The notes under the pieces were generated by a model. That model ran no database searches. It saw only the letters and a list, made by a program, of their open reading frames with translations, and had not been told where the DNA came from. Shown piece after piece: positions 39,219 through 51,559 of a stretch of 64,000 bases of DNA. Source of the stretch: Octopus vulgaris. Its lineage: Eukaryota. The first letter of the stretch is position 1, and every line of letters starts with the position of its first letter. A program made the translations under genes and the position numbers. The stretch is from the NCBI GenBank assembly GCA_951406725.2, contig OX597815.1, positions 4,278,001 to 4,342,000 on the forward strand, in the 5' to 3' direction.

Positions 39219-39316
39219 TATGTATTTATATATATGTATTTATATATATATATGTATATATATATGTATGTATATATGTATGTATATATGTATGTATATA
39301 TGTATGTATATATGTG

Positions 39317-39347
<31 letters not shown>

Positions 39348-39391
39348 GTATATGTATGTATGTATATGTATGTATGTATATGTATGTATGT

Positions 39392-39432
<41 letters not shown>

Positions 39433-39470
39433 TATATGTATGTATATATATATGTATGTATATATATATT
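38745..39470. repeat. Long (TA)n/(TATG)n compound microsatellite
   Basis: ~700 bp of alternating purine-pyrimidine sequence. Confidence 0.95.
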
Positions 39471-40044
39471 GAGAGAGAGAGAGGTGCACACAACATCATG
39501 TGTTGATAGACACCATTGCTGCTGGTGTAGCCATTTTATACCGCACACATAAATCTATATACACACACCTGCACAGCTGACTACGGATACAGAAGTGCAT
39601 GTACACACACCTACACACACACACACACTACAAATTGCCACACACACCCACACACACCAATAGCTATACAACTGAGAGATTATACACCTACATCACATTA
39701 CGAATGGGTGTATAAAGACAGGCATACATAATACACACACACACATATATATATATATACATACTCAGTAAAAGAGACTACACATAGAGATAGAAAGGCA
39801 AACACACACACACACACACACACACAACAGCACACTTACTCAGCATACTATAAACAGACGGACATATACACACACACCTTCACTCACAACGTATTACAGA
39901 TATACACAAACACCTACACGAGAGATAGACAACTTAAACACACACAGCAACAACTACATGAATATCATACTTTATACACACACACATATACACATGGGAA
40001 TATCGTCTTTTGACATCCATCTTCTATGCTGGCATGAGTTGTGT

Positions 40045-40086
<42 letters not shown>

Positions 40087-40549
40087 TAAATTAGAGATAA
40101 AACCACTATTAGGCAAATCAAACAGTGAAAATCATAAGCCAATACATAGAAATAAAATTAATTAAAAAATATATATCTACACATGCAGGTATAAGTCAGA
40201 GATGTTTAAGGCCTCTAAGCGATGGATATATCCAAAGGTGCACTTTTCTTTACTAATTAAAGAATGGGTTACTAGTGCAAAAGACATTTCTTTTTGTTAT
40301 TTTTCCTACATTTTCTTCTTGTCTCTAGACAGATAGATACAGAGGTGGGTATGTGGTAAGAAGCTTGCTTCCTAACTACATGGTTTCGGGTTCAGTCCCA
40401 CTGCGTTGCAGCTAGGGCAAGTGTCTTCTGCTATAGCCTTGGGTTAACCAAGGACTTGTGAGAGGATTTGCCAGATAGAAACTGAAAGAAACCCTACGAG
40501 TGTGTGTTTGTGTGTGTATATACACACACACACATATATATATATCACC

Positions 40550-41105
40550 TTCATCATCATTTAATGTCTGTTTTCCATGCTGGCATGGTTGGACAGTTTG
40601 ACTGAGCCGGTCAACTGCACCAGGCTCCAATCTGATCTGGCAAGGTTTCTACAGCTGGATGCCCTTCCTAACATCAACCACTCAGATTGTAGTGGGTGCT
40701 TTTTATGTGCCATCGGCACAGGAGCTAGTTGCAGGTACTGGCATCGACCATGTTCAGATTGTACCTTTTATGTGCCATCAGTATGGGAGCCAGCCAGGGG
40801 GCACTGGCATCAGCCATGTTTCGATAGTGCTTTTTACGTTCCATCAGAACAGGGGCCAGTGAGGGTTTACTGGCATCAGCCATGTTCAGATTGTACCTTT
40901 TATGTGCTATCAGCATGGGAGCCAGCCAGGGGGCACTGGCATCAGCCACATTTTGATAGTGCTTTTTATGTGCCATCAGAACAGGGGCCAGTGAGGGTTT
41001 ACTGGCATCAGCCATGTTCGGATGGTACTTTTTCCTTGCCACCAGCATGGGAGCCAGTGAAACAGACCTGGCATCAACCGCTTTCGTATGGTGGCAAAAA
41101 ACATC
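40550..41105 (-). mobile_element. Family C retroelement with 6 internal units in a 132-bp higher-order repeat
   Basis: CATGTTC recurs at 40749, 40881, 41013. Confidence 0.85.
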
Positions 41106-41416
41106 CATCTAAAGTGAGCCATCAAATGACAGACAACTTTGAAGGTCCACTACGATTACACATCTCCTGAAATATGTTAAGCATGCAACGCACACGCGCG
41201 CACACACAAAGTAGTGATGAGAATGAGGACTAATCACCACTCATCGCTGCCGACCGAATTCTCTGCTGACCCAGTTCGGTGTAGAATTAGGAACCTTTTC
41301 ATCACCAAGCAAATCATCACTTCAGCTATGTTGCTGTTCTGTTTGGACAACTAAAATATTTTGAGGTTAAGCGGAATTAAATGGAATTAGGAAAAAAAAA
41401 TCTTTGTTTCAAAATA

Positions 41417-41982
41417 TTGGGTTGTCCGGAAAGTTCTTGCCGATTTATAGTAGCTTACCTTTTGACTTATTTTAGAACATGGTTGAGTCCATAAAATAGG
41501 ATTTGACTACACCTCCATTTAGAGCACAGTTTAAGCTATCTTTTCGTGGAAGAGGGTTTATGTTCCTATAGCCTGTGTTAATTCTGTAACCCTTTAAAAT
41601 GGAAAATAAGAAAGTTCATTTACGGCACTTGATGCTTTGGGAACCAGACACAAATTGCTGCAGCTTGGCTGGGATGTGTTACCCCACCCTCCATATTCAC
41701 CAGATATTGCTCCTTTGGATTTCCACTTATTCAGGTCTCTGCAGAATAGTCTTAATGGCAAAAATTTCAATTCCTTGGATGACGTAAAAAGATACCTTGA
41801 TGAATTCTTTGCCATGAAACCACCTCAATTCTGGGAAGAGGGTATTTTCAAGTTAAAGGAAAGATGGAGACGCATTGTGCAACAAAATGGTTCATATTTG
41901 GTTGATTAAAAATGTAATGGCAAGTATTTATTGACCTTTTTCTTTCCTTTAAAAATTGGCATGAACTTTCCGGACAACCCAA
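41417..41982 (+). mobile_element. Internally deleted mariner transposon with intact TIRs
   Basis: TA|TTGGGTTGTCCGGAAAGTTC...GAACTTTCCGGACAACCCAA|TA. Confidence 0.95.
41599..41909 (+). pseudogene. Mariner transposase remnant (N-terminus joined out of frame to C-terminus)
   Basis: MENKKVHLRHLMLWE then LGWDVLPHPPYSPDIAPLDFHLFRSLQN..LKERWRRIVQQNGSY (YSPDLAP.D motif). Confidence 0.92.
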
Positions 41983-42606
41983 TAGTATGAAATAAAGACA
42001 ATTATATATAAGGTCGATTAAATTGATGGAGTCATTATAAATATGACCCTCACTACCTAACAGAAATATGGAACTTATACAAATGCACACACACACACAC
42101 ACACACATGCACACACACGCACACACATGCACACACTGTGAACAGTCAGGAGATGAGGCAAAACAATTCCAAAATTTATTACAGTCAAATTAGTTCTAAA
42201 TATAATAAATATGCATTGATAAACAGATTATCTCAATTGAATTATTTCAAAATATCGTCGTCATCGTTAGCAGGGTTTAACGAGCAGCAGAATTGCATGA
42301 GGCTGTGGCGTCTCAACTTTGTCATGATTTCCATGGCTGGATCCTCTTCGTAACACCAAACACTTTACAGAGCTTTGTTTCGTGGCACCAGCACCAGTGA
42401 GGTTACCAAGCAACAGAGCAACCGAAGGCAAGGAAAAATCCCTGTGCCTCCCCACTGGATGAAGGGAAGTACATGAAGGTGGTGGCTTCATGATGGGAAT
42501 GGAATCATAGCAGATGGCTGAGAATAAGACTGACATATTATCCAGTGTGCCCTTCTTTTCTGAATGCAGTACAATAAAAGTTGAGAGGGGTTTGATTGCT
42601 ATTTCT

Positions 42607-43040
42607 AGGCGCAGGTATGGCTGTGTGGTAAGTAGCTTGCTAACCAACCACATGGTTCCGGGTTCAGTCCCACTGCGTGGCATCTTGGGCAAGTGTCTTC
42701 TGCTAGAGCCCCGGGCCGACCAATGCCTTGTGAGTGGATTTGGTAGACGGAAACTGAAAGAAGCCTGTCGTATATATGTATATATATATATATATATATA
42801 TAAGTGTGTGTGTATATGTTTGTGTGTCTGTGTTTGTCCCCCTAGCATTGCTTGACAACCAATGCTGGTGTGTTTACGTCCCCGTCACTTAGCGGTTCGG
42901 CAAAAAGAAAAAAGAGACCGATAGAATAAGTACTGGGCTTACAAAAAGAATAAGTCCCGGGGTCAAGTTGCTCGACTAAAGGCGGTGCTGCAGCATGGCC
43001 GCAGTCAAATGACTGAAACAAGTAGAAAGAGTAAAAAAGA
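42607..43040 (+). mobile_element. SINE family A, full length (reference copy)
   Basis: A box TGGCTGTGTGG, B box GGTTCAGTCCC, CTTGGGCAAGTG centre, internal (TA)n(TG)n, A-rich tail. Confidence 0.9.
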
Positions 43041-43990
43041 AATAAAGTCTCTAAAAACTCCCTGCAGTAAAAATGGTTAAATCATTAAGAATCGTACAGT
43101 AATTAAATATAAATTACATCGTTATGTTTGTAATTTGAAAACCTTAGCAGAGATGTACCCTGACAGATTCTTATGGACATGTAAATTCTGTACCCGATAG
43201 AGTAACAGGACTTCCCCCCACCCTCGGCTGAGAGGCCACCCTCGTTGTCCGACTTCGTTAACCATGTTAAAATATGAAGGCAGCCGGTCAAATTACTTTG
43301 CGTTAGGCTTTAAGAGAAAGGGGTATAAGCCGAAGTCTGAAGGAAATCATCAGACAGTGACGATGGTGGGTGGGTGATGATGGTGGTGGAGGTAGCTGTG
43401 GTGGTGGTGGGGGAGATGATGTGGTAGTTAGAGGTGGTTGGTTTCACTGCAAAATGTATTCATTCAGATGGTGCTCATGAATGAGACCTCTGTTTGGGTG
43501 CTCGCACACGCACACGCGCACATATATATATGTGTGTGTGTGTGTATTGATTGTGACTATGATGATGGGTGGTGGTGAGGGGTTTTATTTCTGTGGGGTG
43601 GGTGGCGGAGGCAAGTAGGGTGGAATTAATTAACTCAACATTAGATTAGAGTGATGAAAACTGTATTGTTTGGTTTTGGCTTCGTTATATATATATATAT
43701 ATATTTTTTTTTGTAGTGGGGAATGTGGAAATTTTTACATCTGTTAATGACTGCACACACACACACACACACATATCCATATGTGCAGATTAAACTCACA
43801 TAAGCAGCGATAACATTGCATCAACACAGACAAAGTTACACAAACATAAATAAACACACCACTCACAAACACATCCGTTCAAACTCCTTTTTTTGTTTTA
43901 AATTTAATATTTTTGAGGGTTGGGACCTGCTTCCAAAAGTGAGTGTTTGTGTGTGTATTTATATTACACATAAGTATATAATGTGTGTGT

Positions 43991-44351
43991 GTGGAGGCAC
44001 AATGGCCCAGTGGTTAGGGCAGCGGACTCGCGGTCGTAGGATCGCGGTTTCGATTCCCAGACCGGGCGTTGTGAGTTTTATTGAGTGAAAACACCTAAAG
44101 CTCCACGATGCTCCGGCAGGGGATGGTGGCGATCCCTGCTGTACTCTTTCGCCACAACTTTCTCTCACTCTTACTTCCTGTTTCTGTTGTACCTGTATTT
44201 CAAAGGGCCGGCCTTGTCACTCTCTGTGTCACGCTGAATATCCCCGAGAACTACGTCAATGGTACACGTGTCTGTACCGTTTCACGAGCAGGCTGTTCCG
44301 TTGATTCGGATCAACCGGAACCCTCGTTGTCGTAACCGACGGAGTGCTTCC
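43991..44351 (+). mobile_element. tRNA-derived SINE family D (head 1 + tail 1)
   Basis: A box TGGCCCAGTGG, B box GGTTTCGATTCC; head shared with 50291. Confidence 0.85.
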
Positions 44352-44401
44352 ATAATGTGTGTATGTATGTATGTGAATTTTTAGATATATATATATATTA
44401 C

Positions 44402-44611
44402 TCATTTACTTGTTTCATCATTTGACTGCGGCCATGCTGGAGCACCGCCTTTCATCGAGAAAATTGACCCATGGACTTATTCTTTGTAAGCCTAGTACTT
44501 ATTCTATTGGCCTCTTTTGCCAAACCGCTATGTTACAGGGACGTAAACACACCAGCATTGGTTGTCAAGCAATGTTGGGGGGGGGGGAGACAAATACATA
44601 AACGAACACAC

Positions 44612-44656
<45 letters not shown>

Positions 44657-45056
44657 TATATACGACGGGCTTCTTTCAGTTTCCGTCTACCAAATCCACT
44701 CACAGGGCTTTGGTCGGCCCGAGGCTATAGTAGAAGACACTTGCCCAAGGTGCCACGCAGTGGGAATGAACCTGGAACCATGTGGTTGGTAAACAAGCTA
44801 CTTACCACAGAGCCACTCCTGCGCCTTATATATATATATATATATATTCTTTTACTCGTTTCAATCATTTGACTGCGCCCATGCTGGAGCACCGCCTTTC
44901 ATCAAGCAAATCAACCCCAGGACTTATTCTTTGTAAGCCTAGTACTTATTCTGTCGGTCTCTTTTACTGAACCGCTAAGTTATGGGGATGTAATCACACC
45001 AGCATTGACTGTCAAGTGATGGTGGGGGAAGGGAACAAACACAAACGCACACACAA

Positions 45057-45060
<4 letters not shown>
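44402..45060 (-). mobile_element. SINE family A, full copy plus adjacent 3' half
   Basis: Family consensus on minus strand at 44402-44826 and 44848-45060. Confidence 0.85.
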
Positions 45061-45097
<37 letters not shown>

Positions 45098-45157
45098 TAT
45101 GTTGGATCGTTAGCCCCTACACGCAATTTTTTTCTCTCCTTGTTTCTTTTCTGTGTA

Positions 45158-45195
45158 TCTTTCTGTCGAAGAGCATAGGCTCGAAACGTTAAAGA
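45158..45195 (+). ncRNA. Minimal hammerhead motif with CUGUCGA core variant (family 2b)
   Basis: TCTTT CTGTCGA A GAGC atag GCTC GAAAC GTT AAAGA; perfect helices I and II; same variant at 60297-60334(-). Confidence 0.7.
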
Positions 45196-45360
45196 CTTTT
45201 TCTATTTCTATTCCTGAGCGCCATACTAATACATTGTTTGTTTGTACTCCACCTGCCTTTGTTTATTTTCGTAAACCTTTCCGTTATATATATACATATA
45301 TGTATGTATGTATTTGGTGTGAGCGTTTGTGTAAAGAATATATATATATATATATATATA

Positions 45361-45545
45361 TCACCAATCTCGACCCTCCGCAAGTTCGCAAATTTTATTT
45401 AATTTGCTTTGCGGGAGCAACTGTTTTACCGAAAGCATATCTTGTCGTGAAATGCTCGAAATACGGATTAGCAAAAACAGCCGACAACTGATGAAGGGTC
45501 GTTCCTTGTGTTGCTTGTCTTGTTTTCCATTTGTTTCTTTTGTTG
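45361..45545 (+). mobile_element. CUGAUGA-bearing repeat (HHR family 3)
   Basis: Homologous to 9525-9830(-). Confidence 0.65.
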
Positions 45546-45961
45546 GGCAAGTGTCAAAGCCTTGGTAGTGTCTTTGGCAGATGTGTGTCTGTGCTTGTCC
45601 CCCCCCCACTGCTTGACAAATGGTGTTAGTAAGTTTATGTTCCCGTAACTTAGCAGTTTGGCAAGAGAGACTGATGGAAGATGAACCAGTATTTAAAAAA
45701 AAAAATTAAGTATTGGCATCGATTCATGAGACTCAAATTTCTTCAAGGCATTGCTCCAGCATGGCTGCAGTCTAATGACTGAAACCAGACGAAGATAAAA
45801 GAAACAAGTGATGTAGTTTTGTTTCTGCTCTTTCATGAAATCTTGTCTGGCCATTGGGAAACGAGTAAGGGTTAGCAACAGCAAGGGCACCCAACCAGAG
45901 AACAATCTGCCTCAACAAATTCTGTCTGACCCATGAAGAATCTTGAAAATGTGGACATTAA

Positions 45962-46180
45962 CCCTTTAGTGTTCAGATAATTCAATCAAAGATAATGCCT
46001 ATTGATTCCCATTGATTTGAATTAATCATGCATTATCTCATATCTTCAAGATCTTGATGGTGTAATTACTTAATGTAGAATAACATTGTAGGGTAGGTGT
46101 GAGAGCCTGGATCTGGTCAGTTTGAACATAAAACAGATTAACTATTTTGGCCGGATATGGCCAGTTTAAATACTAAAGGG
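45962..46180. mobile_element. piggyBac-type TTAA MITE, second family
   Basis: TTAA|CCCTTTAGTGTT...AATACTAAAGGG|TTAA, splitting the GGAC.TTAA-(GAT)n tail of a family E element; fragments near 1975 and 17270. Confidence 0.85.
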
Positions 46181-47186
46181 TTAATTGATGATGATGATGA
46201 TGATTTTAGTCTTTTATTTACGATCAAACTTTTGGTAAATCCTAGAATCAAGTGTTCCAGTTTTGGCCGCCAAGCCAACCAAACGTGGTCTGTTTCAGTC
46301 GACAGTTTGCCTTTCATTGTCAAATGTTATTAGTCTGTCATTGTTGCTGCTGATAATTAGAGACAATTAAACATTAATTGTTTGAAAATTTACTTTAGAT
46401 CTGTCTGTATAAATTTGATATAAAATGTTCAGTCGAAACGATGCCATCTGATCTACAGCAATGAGAGAAACTTGAAGGAGACCGGTTAATTATTTTTTTT
46501 AATTGTTAGACAGATAACTTTTATTGTTTATCAAATAAAACTAATTACGATCGGACAGTTTGTTTTTAGTGAGAGATGTATAAATACACACACACACACT
46601 GTGGTGTGTATATATATGATGTTAATACAGTGTGTGTTTATAGTGATGTGGACGTTTCGTTGTCTGTCTGTGTGTCTGCGGAAGTGATGTTGGGTGGATG
46701 TTTGTATGTGTGTGTGTGTGTGTGTGCATGTATGCATATGTATGTGCATGTGTGTATGCATGAATGTATGCATGCATTGTGTACATGTGTGTGTGTGTGA
46801 AATTTAATGCTTGCATGTGTATCAGTCAAAACCATTGTAATTAATAAAATATTGGACAGCCAACATTTAGAACCTGGTTAATATATTGAAGGATCAATTA
46901 ACAAACTCGTTAAAGCAGAGGAGAAAATGTAGTATGTACAGTATGTTCCGGCCCACTGCAGTGTGAGTTCAAATCTCATCAAGGCAAGGTCTACATTTTC
47001 TCCTTTCAGGGTCAATAAATAAAGTATCAATCTGGAATAATGAAATGATAGAATTGGTAGAGCATTGGACAAGAATGCCTTGTGGTGTTTCTTCTGTTTC
47101 TTTGCATTCTTGGTGAGGGTGACACACTGTTCTCATTTGGCATTTTGGTCACGTTTTTTTTTTGATGTCCTGTACCCATATATGCA

Positions 47187-47989
47187 TATCATCATCATCG
47201 TTTAACGTCCGTTCTCCATGTTTGCATGGGTTGGACGGTTCGACCGGGGATCTGGGAAGCCAGAAGGCTGCACCAGGCTCCGGTCTTATCTGGCAATGTT
47301 TCTACAGCTAGATGCCCTTCCTAACGCCAACCACTCCGTGAGTGTAGTGGGTGCTTTTTACGTGCCACCCGCACAGGTGCCAGGCGAGGCTGGCCACGGT
47401 CGGATTGGTGCATTTTACGTGCCACCTGCACGGAAGCCAGTCGAGGCGGCACTGGCTTTGGCCACGATTCGGATGGTGCTTTTTACGTATCTCCAGTCCA
47501 GGGGTCCTGGCATCTGCCGGGTGCCAGTCATAGGATTGGTTCAATTTTGATTCCAATTTCGATTTCACTTGCCCCAACAGGTCTTCGCAAGCAAAGGGGT
47601 GTGTGTATATATATATATATATATATGCATGTATCAAAATGAAAATCAAATTGAAATTGTAGTTAAGGTACCCATGCCGGTGACACGTTAAAAGCACCGT
47701 CCGAACATGGCAGATGCCAGCGTCGCCTGACTGGCGTCCGTGTCGGTGACACATAAATGCACCAACCGATCGTGGCTGTTTGCCAGCCTGCTCTGGCCCC
47801 TGTGCCAGTGGCACGTAAAAAGCACCCATTACACTCACGGAGTGGTTGGCGTTAGGAAGGGCATCCAGCCGTAGAAACACTGCCAGATCAGACTGGAGCC
47901 TGGCGCAGCCTTCTGGCTTCCCAGACCCCAGTTGAACCGTCCAACCCATGCTAGCATGGAAAACGGACGTTAAACGATGATGATGATGA

Positions 47990-47990
<1 letters not shown>
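47187..47990. mobile_element. Two family C elements in divergent inverted orientation
   Basis: 47187-47600(-) and 47633-47990(+) around a short (TA)n. Confidence 0.85.
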
Positions 47991-48027
<37 letters not shown>

Positions 48028-48557
48028 AACATACATATAGATAAAGCAATGGAAACTACTATGGGTGATCCAATTGTGTTCTGGAAACCCTTTACCTGAT
48101 GACATACCAGTTCAGCACTATTGCTGGATTATATTTATGTGCAATATTTAGATAATAATATGTGTAATATGTGAAACACTCTGCTGTTTATTCCATCTTT
48201 TTGTATCTTGTATATCCAGTAAAAGGGGCATTTGTGTTCTATGATAGCATATGGTAGCCAATAACTGCAGAGGAGCTTGGCAATGCATGTTATAAGGATA
48301 TTATTGCAAATAATATTAAATAGATGTGTGTGTATTTAAATAGATAAATGGATAAATGAGAGTGTGTGTATATTGTGTATGGGTATATACACTTAGGCAA
48401 GTACACATATTGTCACAGTTATACATCCACAATATATGACTGGTACACACATTTCTTAATTAATCGCAGGCACAAACACACACAAAGCTGCAAGTGTGCA
48501 TACACACCCACACACACACACACACAGATATAAATGTACAAACACATAGCTACGCAA

Positions 48558-48571
48558 CGCCACCTGGTGGC
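48558..48571 (-). promoter_or_regulatory. Candidate CTCF-type site
   Basis: Minus strand GCCACCAGGTGGCG matches CCASYAGRKGGCR, in non-repeat DNA. Confidence 0.4.
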
Positions 48572-48927
48572 TATGCTCAGTCATTTAATCAGTTCGTTAG
48601 TCTCATGGTCATGATGTCTACGACAAATTAGTAAATAGACATTTGTAGGGGTTCTGTAGTAAGGGGGGGGGAGAAGCAGGAATGGCGGTAGGGACACAGA
48701 CACACACACACATACACACACACACACACACGCAAGCATACAAACACAAGTACAAACACACACACACACACATAAAGAAGTACACACACACACACATAGA
48801 CACCAACACATAGATTTGTGTTTGGTGGATGTTGAAGCTTTAGGCAAACACAGCAGAAGATGAGGTGAGGAAGGTTATCCAAACTGAGAATGTGTGTGTG
48901 TGTGTGCATAGTGGGACTGAACTGAGA

Positions 48928-48975
<48 letters not shown>

Positions 48976-49381
48976 AGTGGGACTGAACTCAGATTGAACT
49001 CAGAATTCCACCATTTCAAAGAGGAGGATATTTGCCCAAACTTCCAAATGGCTGCAAAATAAACTTCTAAACGACAGAGCCCTGCCTGCACCTCTCTAAG
49101 AAGGGCTGCTTGTCTGGGTGGCTGGCTGGATATAGGGTCATGGTACTCCATCAGTTACGATGACGAAGGTTTCAGTTAATCCTATTTCTCTACTACCCAC
49201 AAGGGGCTAAACACAGAGGGGGAAAACAAGGACAGACACACGGATTAAGTCGATTATATCGACCCCAGTGCGTAACTGGTACTTATTTAATCGACCCCGA
49301 AAGGATGAAAAGCAAAGTCGATTCCACGCTCCTGAGAACCCTGGAATTTCCAAAGCAAGACCCCACCACCAGATGCAGTTT

Positions 49382-49648
49382 CATACATACTATCCATCCA
49401 TCCATACATACCATGCATCCATCCGTCCATCCATCCATCCCATGCATCCATCCATACATCCATACATACATACATACCATGTATCCATACATACATACAT
49501 ACATACATACCATCCATCTATCCATACATACCATTCATCCATACATATATACCATCCATACATACATACCATGCATCCATCCATCCATCCATAAATACCA
49601 TGCATCCATCCATCCATCCATCCATCCATCCATCTCATGCATCCATCC
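49382..49648. repeat. (ATCC/ATAC)n microsatellite
   Basis: Directly visible. Confidence 0.9.
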
Positions 49649-50147
49649 CTAAACTATCTTGGTTTCACACATATGAATAAGCCATCTTACAAATGAACTC
49701 AATGGTTAATAGGCTGACTGCGAGAGAGAGAGAGAGAGACTGTATTTGTGTGAGTGTGTGGAGAGACAGATGCCTGACGATGGTTGATGGTAAAAGACTA
49801 AATGTGGCAAACACATACATCTTCATATCTCAGCCTGGTTCCTCCCCCGCCTGCTCTTCCTTCTTTAATGCCAAAGGTCAGACATATATCACACCATCTC
49901 TCTCTCTCTCCCTCTCTTTCCACCTTACCATTTCAGTACTTTTGCCCAGGGCATGTCTCTGCACATTTTCCTCACCTTCCCCGCCAGCCTCCCTTGCGGT
50001 CTGCTTTCTGTCTTTCTACACAAACAGAGATTCTTTTGTTTAAAATTATTCAACTCCCAGCAGGATGCACTTTAAGCTTCTCTCATTAAGGAATGCAATG
50101 AATAATAAAGAAAAAAGACACAGATTTCAATGTCTGCTTTATCTCTG

Positions 50148-50206
<59 letters not shown>

Positions 50207-50290
50207 TTAAAATGTAAAGACTTCAGTGTAAACAAAAAGGAATAATTTGAGTACTTAAAAACCTGAGGTTAAAGCCATATTTATATATAA

Positions 50291-50589
50291 GTGGAGGCAC
50301 AATGGCCCAGTGGTTAGGGCAGCGGACTCACAATCGTAGGATCGCGGTTTCGATTCCCAGACCGGGTGTTGTGAGTGTTTATTGAGCGAAAACACCTAAA
50401 AGCTCCACGAGGCTCTGGCACGGGGAGGTGGCGATCCCTGCTGTACTCTTTCGCCACAACTTTGTCTCTCTTTCTTCTGTTCGCCTGCTCGCTTAGCCAG
50501 CGGGGTGGCATCATTTGAAGGCTAAAACAATGCAAAGCACATTGTGAGCAGCGATGTGTAGCAACATCTGATAGACTGGTCGGTCACGG

Positions 50590-50592
<3 letters not shown>
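50291..50592 (+). mobile_element. tRNA-derived SINE family D (head 1 + tail 2)
   Basis: First ~180 bp match 43991; the remainder does not. Confidence 0.8.
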
Positions 50593-50628
<36 letters not shown>

Positions 50629-51559
50629 CATAACCAGCCCACTCATAAGTACCTTGGGTCGTAGGGTAACATGCTGTGCTTGAAGAGACCGATTGAGTCA
50701 AATACATCAAAATCAAACAAATGGAAATTGTAGTTGTGATCCTCATGCCGGTGTCACGTAAAAAGCACCCACTACACTCTTGGAGTGGTTGGCATTAGGA
50801 AGGGCATCCAGCTGTAGAAACTCTGCCAGATCAGACTGGAGCCTGGTGCAGCCTCCTGGCTTCCCAGACCCCAGTCGAACTGTCCAAGCATGGAAAACGG
50901 ACATTAAACGATGATGATGATGATACACACACACACACACACACCAGATTAAGCACATAAATGTGAAACAAGGTACAAAAAATAGAACTTGAATACTGGG
51001 GGTAGAGTAATATGGGTGTATGTATGTATGTATGTGTGTGTGTATATGTATTAGAAGAAATAAGGTACTCAGAAATCTGGATGGTTTTATATTTATATTT
51101 TCCAGATTCACTCTCACATGCACACACTTTCACTTACGCATACACCCTCATGCATGCATACCCTCACATCCTCACACACCCTCACACACACCCTCACACG
51201 CACACACACACACACAGGTATTTGATGGTCTTTTTACAATTTCTGTCTATCAAATCCACCCTCAACACACTTGCCCCATGGTGCCTTGCACTGGAACTGA
51301 ACTTCAAACCATACAGTTGGGAGGCAGAATTCTTAACCATACATGCACACCTAATCTTTGCCATGCACAGAGGCATGTGTATATATATATATGTATATGT
51401 GCATGTGTGTGTATGAATATATACAATACATACCTATACACACATGCACATACACACCTACATATGCACACACACACACACGCTTGCCTGTCTGTATGCA
51501 TGTAAGTCTATGTATGTAGCTCCAATTTTGAATATGCAGATATATTGACATATGCAGCA

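Noticed and set aside
38571-39552. 250-311-aa ORFs in several frames
   Set aside because: Translations of a (TA)n/(TATG)n microsatellite.
40577-41170. 197-aa ORF with repeated WHQPC motifs, and the recurring LQLDALPNANH peptide in many ORFs
   Set aside because: Antisense reading of family C repeats; frames are not preserved between copies.
41599-41909. Functional or domesticated mariner transposase
   Set aside because: DNA-binding and most catalytic regions are deleted and the two pieces are out of frame.
43150-43200. miR-10-like TACCCTG sequence
   Set aside because: Only 7 nt match and no precursor hairpin.
48090-48190. Hammerhead candidate CTGATGA CATA..TATGT GAAACAC
   Set aside because: No helix III/UH site or helix I; at best a decayed remnant.
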